From assembly GCA_016748015.1 (NCBI GenBank), contig JAAOMT010000074.1, forward strand, positions 186,001 to 250,000: a DNA stretch of 64,000 nucleotides, read 5' to 3'. The translations under genes were made by a program, and so were the position numbers. This DNA comes from Geosiphon pyriformis uo1 (Eukaryota > Fungi > Glomeromycota). Below are positions 1 through 14,800 of this stretch, piece after piece (position 1 is the stretch's first letter; every line of letters starts with the position of its first letter). The notes under the pieces were generated by a model. That model was not told the DNA's origin. It was given only the letters and a program-made list of their open reading frames with translations, and did no database searches.

Positions 1-226
1 TTATAATAATATTTTTTTAACTTTTATTTAAAATAATTATTTTCACTTTTGTTAATAACATAAATTTTTGGCAGTATTTTAAATAAAATGAGTTTGTCAT
101 TGAAAAATTGTTTTTATTATAAGAATAATTTGGGCTTTGGATAAATAATAAACACACTTCATATATTACAAATATAAACATTTTAAATTTAAAGTTGAAA
201 CTGTACAGGGCTAGATTTGAAAAAAA

Positions 227-3200
227 CTATTCTTGAGGTATGGCTCGGCCAACATGAGATCCAACACGAACCTAATTGAAAAAAAAATTAATTAACTATT
301 TGAGTTTAACATATTTACTGATTTATGAACTAATACAAACCAATGTTTCTAATGCTTGTTCAGCATTTGCCAAAAGATCTTCATCCCATTCCATTCTGTT
401 CTCTTGAAAACAAAGAATTATAGTGCTACCACCTATTTTATCAAGGAAAGATTAGTATGAGAGTAAAACCTAATTTTTAATGGCCATTTTTAATGAAGAG
501 TATAATTACCAAAAGCAAAGTACCCGTGCTCCTCAAATCGTTTTACATTAGTAAGTGGCGTGCTTTATTATAGTTTGGAATTCGTATAAAAGACTTGAAT
601 TCAGTAACGTTACGCGATATGAAACAAAATTTATTTCATTTTGATGATATTTCCTACCTTGTAAATAGTATAGATCCAACCATCATTGCTCCAATAGCCA
701 CAAGGGCAACTTTTCCAAACTGTGGGGAATCAATATAAGAAACTGCTCGCTTGTTTTCCCCATAGACATCAAGCCTGATTGGAAAAGAAATAATAAACAA
801 TTAAGAATAAAATACATAAAAGTATAAGAGGAAAACAAAGCACTGAAAAATTATTTACTCTGATCGAATAGCCATAGGGTTAACAGTGTAATAGGCACCT
901 GGGATTGGATGCGGTTCACTCAAAAAGCCGTCAACAGGTATATGAAAACTGAATTAAAAAATAATCTTAGGCTTGTTTCATATTCAAAGATTGAATGATA
1001 AATGCATTTGATAGAAAAAAAAAAAGACCATTATTTACCGATGATAGTCCTGCGGTGCCAATCGAAAAATACCTAAGCTACCACCAATGAACTCATTGGC
1101 TTTGTTAACATCCCCAAACAAACGCTCAAGCGAGAAATTTTGTCCTTTGATCCAAATTTTAGTCGCTTCATCGACAGTTGGAAATGCCATCATCCTACAA
1201 TCAGCTGGGCTTACTAATACCGTCGGGTCATCAGGTGAATCTAAAGTCCTAGCAGTAGGCTTCAATTTACGATAAAAGAATTCATTGAAATTCTTGAAAG
1301 AATCCAAAGGATTGAGAATTTCTTCAATGCTCAATTGATGGAACTCAATAAAGGGAGCTATGTCAGCGATAGATTGTGGAGCGTCAAATTTCTTTCCTTG
1401 TTTTATCGATAAATTTTCGAGTAAACGGCGAGCTAAGAAAATAATAAATTCTTTAAATTTTAACCTCATTTTGTAAAGGGAGTTCGATAATCAGTTAAAA
1501 TTTTAAAGATGAATGTTTTGCCTCACTTGTTTTTGTTTCTACTTGACTTGGACGGACACCCTTGTACAAAAGACGAATGGCTAATCGAATATAAGTTGGC
1601 ATTTTCTCCTCTACAAGTTGTCCAGTTCGACGATCTTGCACTATAATGTTGGCATTGTTCTTTAAAAAAGAATAAAAATCCCAGGTTTCTTGAGGTCTTG
1701 TATTGAAATCAAGAAAATCTGAAGTTCTAATAAAATGATCAAATTTATATGCTTACAGCGCCAATTTTGAAACTACCATATCCGACTTTTGAAATGACTT
1801 TTGAGACCCATTTACGTTGTGCCTCAGATTCCGTCACAAAATCACCAACAACAAATTTATCGACATTGGCCCAATCAGTGCTAGCACATATAGCGATATG
1901 AGTAATTATATCTGTTTCTGTTTGATTTGCGAGGTCCGGTTTATGACAAATAGGGCAATTGGTGATATAGACCAAATGCTCGTTTTCAGCTTCACCACCG
2001 TCTGCAGTAGCAGCTCGTTCTAAAGAATGATCGTCATCATGCATCCGTTTTTCTAGAGAAACGCACAGTTCCTCAAAAGATAACTCCTCATTCTGAGGGT
2101 TCTTTCCAAAACGCTTGAAGAATGAGGCAATAGTATTATCGCTCAATGATGAACCCAGGCTACTAAGCATCGTTGAAACCTCAATGAAATTCAGGACCCC
2201 GTTATCATCAGAATCGTAAACTTTTGCCAAAGCGTGCCAGAATTGATGACGAAGTCGTTCATAAGGTATAAATTGTGCTCGTAAATATAATTTTGGAGAG
2301 ATATCTTCATATTTGTCTTTGGTTTTTAATTCAAGAGGTACAACGTATTCAGTCATTCCGCTTTCAATCTCTTTCGGTGCATGAGATCCATTAGCAGTGG
2401 CGATTTCGATTAATCCTTGAATCGGAAAATGGCATATTCCAATCAAATCATTATTGGTAAATTTATCCCAGTCGTAAAGGGAGAATTTGATATCGTAATA
2501 AGCTTCGTGTTTTTTAACCGGGAAGTATAACTTCTCGTTCCATATTGGTGATAGAGAATGAGGAATAATACGGGTACGAAATGTTTGCTTTGAAAAAGAA
2601 ACAACTACGAATGGATCCATATCATATCCGATACCAACAGCTGAATTTAATTGAAAAAGAAAATATTCATTAATTCAAAGAAATCTTAATCTTTGATTTA
2701 TTCATTATTCCTTACCGCTCTTTTCTGGTGGTAACTCCTCAGCACGTAAAACTTCCAAAAATGTAAGTCCAAGTATACTTGAGTTGGTTGAAGAAGATGA
2801 AATGCTGGCCCTTTTTCGAGAGTCATGACGACGACCGTTTTTTTGTGATGAGGTAGACGAGACTGAAGAAAAAGTTCCGGTCGGTGAAGTAGGAGTTGGG
2901 TCATCAAACACTTGTGGTGTGATTTCAAGTTTTGAGAATCCTTGCCAAATATTTGTCCAATCATCATCTTTCATATATTGATTCGTTGGATTAATAAGTC
3001 CAACTTTGATTGCGATTGCGCCAGATATGCTTGATTCTTTGGGACGGGAAATATTTTGAAGAGGGTACCATTTTACCTAGAATAACAAATATGAAAAAAA
3101 TTTGAATCGTTAATACGGGGAACATCTTAATGAAATGAATTTTTTTCATCGATCCACATTTCTCATGATTAAATAAAAAATATGTCTGAAAATACGTACC

Positions 3201-3796
3201 TTATTCTCAGGATCATCATAGCCAAGATATCCATCCTGCCAAAGCTCTTGCAACGACACCTTGATCTCACCCATGTAATCCTTTCCAAATGCATCTTTAT
3301 CCCAGCAAGTCAGTAAAATCTCCTTAGGAGGTTCTCTCGTACTGACCGGAGTCTCAAAGGAAGCATCCCAACGCGGATTCAAATTCTTGTTTACCACCTG
3401 GGTTTGGTGGATCTCATCGCCAATCTGTAGCACGACGTACTGTGATAATTTTATAAAGAAACGATTGAAAGACATTAATTAATTAATAAAAACTTTCTAA
3501 TGGTAGAATGAGTTTATATTTTTAGTATAAGGCTTTCTTTTATGAATTCTATTAAAACAACTCGTCCTGAGGTAAAAATTTCAAATAGTAAAGAAACTTC
3601 CATTATTTCTTCACTTATAAAGGAGGCCAAACAAAGGTTCTTAGCTTGTAAGGAACAGAATGTATACACAACATGAAAGAACACGAAGGTTGACGGAACT
3701 CACAGGGTCAGAATACCCGTTCCTATCCTTAGCGACCAACTCCTTGCCCTCAATTATGTCAACGCGCAAACTTATAGTAGAAATTTCGGAAGACAT
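227..3796 (-). CDS. PSD2: Phosphatidylserine decarboxylase 2 (two C2 domains, EF-hand, decarboxylase domain), 11 exons, 833 aa
   Basis: Exons assembled by hand with GT..AG junctions in phase: 3704-3796, 3200-3439, 2716-3076, 1757-2640, 1527-1659, 1039-1432, 859-948, 658-774, 510-562, 341-432, 227-271 (2502 nt). Motifs: C2 (KDRNGYSDPYVV..NLNPRWD; DMDPFVVVSF..YDWDKF), EF-hand DSDDNGVLNF, FNEFFYRKLKP, SPADCR, RLAPQDYHRFH, YTVNPMAIR, GAMMVGSI, and the GYFAFGGST pyruvoyl self-cleavage site. Confidence 0.95.
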
Positions 3797-4176
3797 TTGA
3801 AACGGAACGAACGTGAGCAATTTTCTTCAAATAAGATCACGGTGACCAGGTTCCACTTCCCGGTGAATTCACTGTTTATTAAGAATGGAAATCACAGTGA
3901 TTAAGTTTCATTTCCCTATTTATTAGGAATAGAACTTGTGTATCGTTCGACAAAGGTTATTTTCAATTATTGACAAATGACGGCTAGCCAAGACAATGGG
4001 AAATGATTTTGTTAATTTTTTCTATTCCTAATATACTAATATCTATGAAATTGAAATCGTGTCAAAAATTAATACACATCATCTATAATATTAAGGGTAA
4101 AAGATTTTTACAAAAAAAAATTGTGATATACTACTATAAATATTTAATACAAACTAAAAATACAAAAAAAAAGCCA

Positions 4177-4906
<730 letters not shown>

Positions 4907-5329
4907 TTCTACTTACTCAAAGTGTAATTATTAATAACTCGCCATATTCAAATCAACCAACCAATCAAAAAAATTATATTCCAAATAAAATACAATACCA
5001 AAAATTAAGTCATATGAATTTGGAGTCTTTTGATTGGCTAAATAGTAATGAATTCAAATTTTTAACCTCATAAATGAAAAATATATTCTTTCACATAAAA
5101 GAAATCATTTGACGTTTTTCCCTCGCGATAACTTACTACTTTATTAGATTAGATTAAATTAAATTATTATTTAATTATAAAACAATTTATTAGTTTATTA
5201 GCAAAATAATTAAAAAATTAGACTCAATACTATATTTATTAATCAATACCTTTATAATTAAAACATGATAAATTATTATTGTATTTTTTACAATAATTGT
5301 AAATTTAAAACCCATTTTTTTTGGAATTA

Positions 5330-5760
5330 TCATAATTTTTTAAAAATTATATTTGTAATATAACTTGTTTTTTTATTTAATTTAAAACAAGTTTTATTTT
5401 TTACATGTAACCAGTTACTCAGACCAATCAAAACCACATTACTCATCTATATCTAATAAAAACATTACTATTCAAACCAATAAAAATCAAACAATACCTT
5501 TTTAAACCAAAACTGATTAATTATTTTTTTTATAATACCAAGAAAATAAATTACTTTTTTCAAAAACAAACATAATAAACCCAAAACATCTGCAAATAAA
5601 AAGTCATTTGCACTTAAAAAGCCCTTTTTTTTCAATTCAAATTTGAACTTTATGTTAAGCAACCAAATATTACGTTTATAATTTTTAATCAAACTGTAAA
5701 CAAAATTAACTAGTTTAATAATAGCAGTTTTAATGTTATTACAATTAAAACTTTTACTTT
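5330..5760 (-). mobile_element. Heavily decayed LINE 3' end remnant
   Basis: 5401-5450 matches the 3' UTR/ORF2-stop region of the LINEs at 9085-9135 and 34350-34400. ORF 5468-5692 weakly resembles the ORF2 C-terminus. Boundaries are approximate. Confidence 0.6.
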
Positions 5761-8700
5761 TTAGTTTTATTTATTTACTTAGTCATAATTAGTAATATGT
5801 ATTAATTATTAATATTATTAATTGGCCATCTTATTTTTAGAAGTAGTCTTTGATATAATTATTAACTTGATTAATAACTTGATTATTGACTCGGTCATTA
5901 ATTCAATTATTAATCTGAATTATTAATATTATTTTTAATCTGATTATTGAATTTTTTTAAGAGTATATAAATAAGACTTCTCAAAGCTTTAAAAAAACAT
6001 TTATACTCAAATTAAAATCATTTAAAGCAAAACTTAATACAATAATATCAACTTTTTTATTCTTTTTATTATTTCTTTTTTTTTTAATTGTATTTTTTAT
6101 CTTTAAATTCTTTTGTTATTTTTTGAAAAGAATAATAACTAAAATATTTATAAAACTAATTTTGGAAATTGAATTTTTGCTAATTTAATTTGCTTATTAA
6201 AGTTGAATTACTCTTTAATTATTTTATTGCCATACAATATTGTTTTTTTTGTTATTTGTTAACATATTATATTTGACTATAATAAAAAAGTAGTGCTTTT
6301 TCTAATATTGTTAAATTTTTAATTTATCTACTATTGTATGAATAATAATTTTTCTTGGCACAAAAAATCCAAAATTATTTTATAATACATAATTAAAATA
6401 ATTTAATTTATATTAAACTTAATTTTTTTTTATTTTGTCTTATTTGTTTTTCAGTTAAAAAACAGTCTAGCCAACAATTTCAAAATTTTAAAAATTGGTT
6501 TTTAATTCAATATATATTATTTATTTTTTTAATCAAATTTATTTTGAAAAAAAATTTAAAACCAAAAAAAATTACATTAATTAATTAATATTTTCAGTTA
6601 TTTTAAATCAATAAATTTATAATTAAATAACTATTTATTAATAAATCAAAACTTTTTTAAAAATAAAAAAAGCTATTAAATAGTCTCTGTATTTGATTTT
6701 TTTTCAAATAATTCAAACTTTTATTTTAAATACCAATTTTTATTATGGTCTAAAATGAAACAAATATACTACTAATTCTTTAAAATATCTAAACTATTTT
6801 AAGTTGTTAAAACATAAGTTTTTTATCTTTGTTTAAAAAAAGCTTTTAAGATTTAATAAAATAACTCAAAAACTTTAAAAAAACTGTTATAATAAATCAG
6901 TATAATAATTACAAGTTTAAATAGTTAAAAAATCTTTTAAAAAAAATTTTATATATATAGTTTATATAAGAAACTACTAAAAAAACTGTTTAATAAATTA
7001 TTTGATAATTATCTAAAAATGCCAATCAAATATAATTTTTTTACCACCAAATTTAAAGAATATTTTCTACTGCAATATTAATATTCAAGAAAAGAATAAA
7101 GTTAAAAAAAATGTAAGGTTTAAAAAAAGTAATTATTAATATGTTAAAGCAATTTAAAATTTAATAAAATAAGTTAACTTAAAAAAAAATAAAATAAAAT
7201 AAAATAAAAAATTTTATTTTTTTATTAAAGACTTAAGAATAAATTTATTTTATGTTCTATGATTTTTTTTGTTATTAAAAATAATCTGATATTAGATACA
7301 ACCATAAAAATAGTCTAATAAATAAAAATTAAAGATTTTTAAAACCCAATATTATTTTTGTTATAATCAATCTTAATAACTTTAATACAATTTAAAACAT
7401 AAAAAACAAAGTTTTCTAATTTGTTATTAATGTAGAAATATTGGTTATATAATACGAAATTGTAATAATTTTTTAATACTTTTTTCAAATTTAAGAAATA
7501 AAAATCAGCAAAAGAATAAAAACAATAACAATTAAACTTATAATTTAAATACTAATTAGACTTATATAAACTTTTTTAGTAAAAAATTTTTAGTTAAAGC
7601 AACAAAATATTAGTTTTTAAACTAATAGACATATCTTTTAAAAATAAAAATATAAGTCAAAAAGAAAAAATCTTTTTGTTTAATTTTAATTTAACAAATA
7701 ATAATATAAAACTACAAAAACAAAATAGCAAATTATTAAACAAAATCCAATTCAATAAACAAAAAAAAAATTTCGATCTGAATTTTAATATGACTTTTTT
7801 AATATTTAACAACAAAAATAAAATACCGAAATTAAAATTTTTTGAAAATCTACTTAAATTAGAATTATTGAAAATTAAGTCTTTATTTAATAATTAAAAA
7901 TCTAATAAAAATTCTTGCTTATTGTTATTTATTAAGTAAAACAGAAAAAAAATAATAGAAAAAAATAATATAAATAATATAAATTATTAAAATATATAAT
8001 ATTAAAAATTTTAGCAATAATTTAAAAAAATTGTAAAATTTTTAAAAATCTCATATTATGAAAATTTATATATATATATCAAAAGTATTAAAAGCAAAAA
8101 AACAGATAAATTGAATTAAAAATAAGTTTAGTTTCTATTTTATTAAGTAATTTTTACAGTTAATAATCTAATACTTAAAGTTTATAATCATTTTTAATAA
8201 ATTTATTAATTTATATTATTTAAACACAACTTTATAAATTCATACTTATTTTGTTAAAATTTAATTACTTTTTTATTGATATTAATAATATTAACACAAT
8301 ATTATTAATAATACTAGAACAATAGTTTTTAATCATAATTATTAATAAAATATTAATTTTTTTTTCAATTTATTTTCTTTTTTTTGTTTTGTTTTATGTT
8401 TACTAATTGATTAAAAAAAGTGCTAAGATTATAACATTAAAAATTGTCTAATAAAAATATAAAATTTAGTTAAAAAACTAAGATTATTTATTAAAAAAGT
8501 AAAAAACATCTAAATAAACCAATTACTATGTCAAAAAAATTAAATATTAAGTATTACTTATTATTAACGTTAAATCTTTGTTTGTTATACAAAAACTCAA
8601 CCAGTAAAATTTTTAAAAAACTTTTAAATTAAAAATATTACTAAATTTAAGCATAAATTATAAAAGTTTAAATAATTTCAAAAATAATTTCTAATATTAT

Positions 8701-8987
8701 ATTATTTTTGGTTAATTAATAATATATTTTTAATTTTGAAAAAATATTTAAAAAATATTGATTTTAAAAAAACAATTTAATATTAATAAATATTTTTAAC
8801 AAATAATATTGGTTTTTAGTAAAATATTATTTTTTTTATCTATAAAGCACAAATAACTAAATATTTTATAGTCTTAATATTAAATAATAATTTTTAGTTA
8901 ATATTATAACCAAATTTTAACTGATATTTACTATTCGATATTTTTAACTATTAAGTTTTTATTAAAATAAAACTGTTTTTAATGCTA
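5760..8987. other. Extremely AT-rich, nearly CpG-free sequence, probably ancient deaminated repeat DNA
   Basis: Composition only; no interpretable ORF. Confidence 0.5.
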
Positions 8988-10882
8988 TTTTTTTTTTTTT
9001 TATTTTGTTTAATGAGTGAAGTCCAAATACTATCTAGTATAATACATTATTAAATAATCTAAACTAAATGTAAATCATGCCTTTTTTACACATGACCAGC
9101 CATTCAGACCAGTCAGAACAACACTACGCACTTATATGAACAGAAACCTCTTCACAAGCACCAGAAAAAAATAAGCAAGACCTGCGAAACCCAAAATGAA
9201 TGCTAATTGCATTAGCAATTCCCAACAATCTAACAACATCTGCTGAAAGACCCATGGAAAAACCAGAAACAGAGGCAGAAATAGAGCCATCATGAGGAAT
9301 CAGCCTACCCTTCTCCATCACTGCCCGGTGTCTCGCATGAATCAACCAGATTTCATCCCGGAACACAGCACAAAACTCACACACAAAAGATACCATGTTA
9401 CAAGCTGCCACCCTGGGATCCTTAAAAACAGAGACAGATTTACAATACCAATTATCGAAAACAAATCCTTTACATAGAGCCACCCCAACCACATAATTTG
9501 AAGCACAAGTAGACAGTAACTGTGAAATGCACGAAGAAGAACAAGATAAACCAGAGCGTGCTTTCTAAACAGCCACATAAGTGTTCATCAAATGCTCATG
9601 GCCAACGGCATCAAAGAAGCAGGAAAAAACATGATTGGAGATTTCAACATTACCACAGAATAAGCACACTATACTGGGGTAAAGCCTATCATATAGATGC
9701 TTACGCATGGTGACAGGAAGTCAATGATACAGAGCCTTCATAAAATAAGTCCGAAAGCCAGCAGTATGCAAACTAGTGAAGCCAGCAGCCATGTGAGAAT
9801 CCGGGTGCCACACCGAAACAGACCTGGCCCAATCAACATCACCTCACAAACTATCCACCAAAACTCAGGAACTGGATCCAACCTCCCAATGCACCCAATG
9901 AATTGACCAGAAGATATCACAAACAAAATGTCTTGAATTACTAGAAATGGCAGAGTTACCAGCTCTTAAAAACCGTTCACCAACCCTGTACGGCAGCCAC
10001 CAAGAAGATGAGGCAGCGATCTCTGCAAGTAAGTCAGCATGGTCATTGCCAGAGACACCTGAATGACCTTTTACTTTGATTCAATTTACATCCAAATTCT
10101 TATTACGAATAACATTAGCAATGTGGCAATGCTCGATCCAATAACAATTCTTGAAGTCTGGCCAAGCCAGTAGAGATTCAGATTTGCATGCATCCAAAGC
10201 AGCCTGGCTGTCCGAGAACAAATCCACTGAACAGAAAAAGGGAACACACTCGAGAGCCAGAGCAATGGCCTACAACTCTGTAAGTGTAGAGAAAACCAAA
10301 CCAGACACCTTCACACCCAACTCTGAATCAATGTCCTCAAAGAAAACAGCAGCACCAGCCTTCATACCAACAGTATCCAAACCACTTAGAGACCCATCTG
10401 TATATACAGAGAGGCGAACAGCAGTATCAATGTCCAACAAATTGTCGCAAACCATGTCAAAATTGCGAGAAAAACAAATATCAGGAGAAGTGTGATCACT
10501 TACTGGAAGAGAGCACCCAGAAGAAAGAACAACACTACCAAGAAACCAAACAGAAATATCAAACCAAACAGGAACTGGGCCACAGGAATCCAGTCTTTTC
10601 CAACGTTTGAAGGTCTTCCAACTGAAAGCAACACCATATCTGTCATGAAGCTGTTTCATGAAAGTGATACCATAGTAGTTGAGTGACAGAACACATTTGT
10701 GAAATCTTGGCTCATCTAGAACAAGAGACATAGGAGTGCCACCTCAGAGACAAAAAGCACTGGCTAGAAAAGCACCCAAAGACAAGTCACACTCAGAAAA
10801 AATACAAACCACACTTGACAGAAAGTTGTTTGAAGGGCTGACATAAATGTGAACTAGAAACAGCAAAGAGTAACAGAGATGC

Positions 10883-11746
10883 TGTTACTCATAGAAATAT
10901 AGGAAATATATTAGCATAATTATTAGCCAATCAGAAGTAAGCATAGTAAATGTGGAATTCCAGGATTCTTCTCAGGAATTGCAGGATTCCAAGAATTTCA
11001 GGATTCCCCAACAAAGAATTGCAAGATTCCAGAATTCCAGAATTCCTCTCAAAGGAATCGCAGGATTCCAGGAATTTCAGGATTCCTGTCGTGAAAAATT
11101 GAGGAATTGAGGAATTCCAATTATGTATATATAGTGGTAGTGTTAGAAACAGAAAAGACAGAATTGATACCATAGAATCCTTAGCCAAGAAATAAAAATC
11201 ATCAAATAAAATAATTATTCCATATCCCAATCCACTCTCCACTATCAACACTTCATGTTGATAGTAATTGATACTTAACCACACTGGAACAATAGCTCTT
11301 GATTATGACTATTGACAGAATACTAATCTGCCATACTGCCTAGAATTATTTTTTTTCTTTCTTTATTTTCTTTTATTTTTCTTTATTTTATTTTCATTTG
11401 TTGTTTACTAATTGAGTAAAAAGATTAAGCGCTGAGTTATTGATGTCAAAAATAGTCTGGTAAAAGACCCAGAAATAAGAGTAAAATTTTATATATTATT
11501 GGATAGCTTACCAGAAGGGCACAACTACCAGACTAAATCCGGCCACCACGCTGAGAAAGAAATTGGGACAACTCTTGGAAAGATACATTTGCTATCAACA
11601 CTATTGAATTTCTGTTCATTATACAAAAGACTTTATCAAAACCTTCAGATACCACACCTTCAGAACATCATCAACAGAAGTAGCTTTTAAGCACCAAGTT
11701 ATGGGTTTGTTATTTAATCCAACAGCAGAAATAATCACCTATAACA
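10883..11746 (+). repeat. A1 5' LTR
   Basis: Direct repeat of 20953-21796. Contains CCAAT (~10926), a GGAATTCCA-type repeat array and TATATATA (~11126). Confidence 0.93.
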
Positions 11747-11748
11747 TT

Positions 11749-11765
11749 TGGTGCTCCCTGTGAGG
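11749..11765 (+). promoter_or_regulatory. Primer-binding site TGGTGCTCCCTGTGAGG, tRNA-Ile(UAU)-like
   Basis: Starts TGG two nt after the LTR. Complementary to a ..CCUCACnnGGAGCA-CCA 3' end as in eukaryotic tRNA-Ile(UAU); the tRNA identity is from recall and not verified. Confidence 0.75.
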
Positions 11766-11808
11766 TATAATTCTACAAAGAACCAGCACCAACAACACCA
11801 AACCAAAA

Positions 11809-14800
11809 GTGGCAGAATCAGAAAATATAGGAGCAAACCATTTAGAATTTACAAAATCCTTATTTCAACACTATTGTCAATACTTGGGATTAAACCACAA
11901 TCATATATTCACTAAATCAGTCTTCAATTTCTATGTCAATGAAAAGATTTCCTCTTTATTAGAAACACCAGTAAATACTAAATCAGCAAGAGAAACTTTC
12001 TATAAGGAATTAATTCAAAACACCAACTTACCAACAAATCATAATTTCACATCTATCATCACTAAGATCAACAAAGAAATTGAACATCACACTCAACAAA
12101 GATATCTAATTACATACGCTAGTAAAGGCAAAGGAAAATTACAAACACCAACAGTAACACCCAGAAAAATACAGCTACCTGCTTGGAAGAAAAACAGAGT
12201 TGAATTTCCAAGCAACCCATCTTACTACTATACACCTGGAAGTGCCATTAACATATTATCAACAGACGTGTTCTCATCAACTGCGACATCAGCATTTGGA
12301 CGATTCTCATTCCAAAGCAGACAAAGGAAAACAGAATTGTTAGGACCATATGGCAAATACTTTGAGGGATTTAATTTGTGATCATCAACCTCATCAAGAC
12401 TTTGATTACCACCACCTTTGCCAGATTTTGGAATCTCTGATCCGTGAGAAGCAGCAGAATCAAAAAAAGAGGAAGAAGAATCAGAGAATCAAGAATTCAC
12501 TTACCAGCACCCGATCACTGAAAACCTGAGAGTTGAAACCCCAAATTTTCAAATTCAGCAAAATCCAGATCTAGAAAATTCGGAATTCGAAACTCTGAAT
12601 CATCAAAGACAGAACAATCCAAACCCCAAATTAACTAATCAGCAAAACTTATCTCTGGTAATTGTCATCGATCAACTGCCAATTAATCCTATAGCCAAAC
12701 CCATACAGCAGCCATTTCAACTACCACTCCAACAACCAGTACAACAACAACTGCTTCAACAGCCACCACAACCCCCTAACTTAGATTCAATGGCCTATGC
12801 ACCAATCGCAAAACTTGACAACTTTACTGGTGAAGAGGATAATGCTCAAGTATGGCTGAATGATGTCGAAAAGGCCATCACAGCCAACAGATGGAATGAT
12901 GCTCAAGCAATGCAAGCCATTCCCTACTTTCTCAAGAATACTGCTAATTCATGATACCAGAGTTTGGTTAATAAACCACAAAATTTTAATGCCTTCAAAG
13001 TGGAATTCCTAAGATATTTTAGCAACAATAACAGCATCAATTGCCTAGTCAATACATTCACCACCATGAAACAAAGAGAAACTGATGTAGTCACCACTTA
13101 TCTGAGATGCTTCTATCAAAACCTACGCCAAATTCAAGCAATTGACGCCAACTATTTCACAGCATCACAGATACTTAATCAGTTTATCCGTGGCCTGCGC
13201 AGCAGCATCTTGTAACATGTACGTCTGTTGCATCCAGGCATCCTTCAAGATGCAGTCGCACCAGAGATTTTGAATCCACTAAGTCAGAAGCTAACCATGC
13301 CCAAGCTGTTAATCTAGTAATAAACGGATCATCTGAATTGAATTCCAAGTTGGAGAAGTTCAGTGAATCAATTAATAAGAGATTGGAAAGATATTTAGCT
13401 GACAATCACGCCATTTATCAGCCTCCACAACAATGCAATAATCAAGGAAACTTTAATCATGCCCAAAATCAGCCACGCCCATCTTCATTGACCAATCAAT
13501 AGTGACAACAAAAAATGCGTATCTGCCACTATTGTGGTAAACAAGGACATATCCAAATTAACTGCTGTCAGCATTTAAATAACCAACGATTGGGAAATCA
13601 ATATTGAAATTCTGATTGCTAGCTCTTCACTCTGAATTATCCATCAAATTCAACACCATATTAAACTACTTACCTGCCAATGACACAGCAATCAATTTAC
13701 CAACCACTCATATATCAAGTGCCAATTTATCAACCAACGGCCCCAATTTATTAGCAACAGCCATAGGTAATGTATCAACCACAACTGCCAACAATCTATC
13801 AACCCCAAATGATTCAGACTCTGCCACAAAACTTACCGGCCAGCGGAGTCCAAAGGCTGAGAATCACGCAGCAAAACTGGAGATCGTCAATAGTAGTTTA
13901 TCAGCCGATCCCCAGCCTCTTCAGTCCAACCAGATTTTGTCAACAGAATTTAGGCACCGGGAATCCCCAGAACCCAAATTTCTAGAACTATTTAAGTCTT
14001 CTGGTTACCCCAGAAGACATCTCACCCAGCAACCAGGAACCCACCCAAAAACAACAAACATGTACCAGCAATATTCCACCCACAACAGTCACCAACAACG
14101 AATTGCTGGATGCCATTTTTCCATTCGAACTTGAGGAACTGTCAAACACACCATTATTTAGTGGAGCCACCTTGGAAGAAAAACCAATTACTGCCATGTA
14201 CACTGATGCGAAAATCAATGGCCATCACATCAAACTAATTCTTGACAATAGTTCAGCAGACAGCATCATTACATGACAACTCATGGATCAATTAGGTCAC
14301 TAAGTTGATTGAGCTGCTAGTGCTAGAATCATCATGGCTGATAGAGCGACCAAGACTCCAATTGGCGAAATTGATGACTTACCCATCAAAATTAACGGTA
14401 TCATAATACCAATCAAAGTACTCGTCATGGAAGCCACCCAATACCAAGCTCTAGTTGGTAATGACTGGTTGTCCAAAATGAATGCCACTCTGGACTGGAA
14501 TACCTAAAAGCTTTAACTTAGCCAGAATGGGCAACACACACGAGTACCAGCAATGTGTGGCCACTTTAAAGCTACCAATGCCACAGCACCACTAATTGAC
14601 TTCGAGGAAGAAAAACCAAAATCTACCTGGGAAACATACCAAGTATCATGGGCTGATGAAGAGCACAACAAACTGCCGCCAATACTCCTCTGGGATGACA
14701 ATGACAATGAAAAAGGGAAACAAAAAGAAGAACTTACCTGGGAAACTAATGACTTGACCTGGACTGACAACAATGAGAGCAAACCAACTTCAAGCTGGGA

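Noticed and set aside
7676-7897. Short K/N/I/L/F-rich ORFs in AT-rich tracts
   Set aside because: Composition-driven chance ORFs with no motif.
10953-11120. CRISPR-like or canonical heat-shock element array
   Set aside because: No unique spacers and a eukaryotic LTR context; GAA/TTC spacing does not give three contiguous nGAAn units.
10931-11284. ORFs within LTRs (also 21020-21265, 59452-59724)
   Set aside because: They derive from the short repeat array or low complexity and are not conserved among LTR copies.
13574-13580. UUUAAAU slippery heptamer after the Zn knuckle
   Set aside because: A -1 shift meets an immediate stop, no stimulatory structure was seen, and it is absent from family B.
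13983-13985. TAG between gag and protease as a programmed readthrough stop (also in A3)
   Set aside because: A2 has CAG at this codon, so deamination is sufficient.
13616-14134. Alternative-frame S/T/N-rich ORF open in all three A copies (also 43276-43713, 51123-51575)
   Set aside because: Best explained as the shadow frame of the Q/P-rich Gag-PR linker. The true frame collects CAA>TAA stops while this one does not. There is no consistent start or end.
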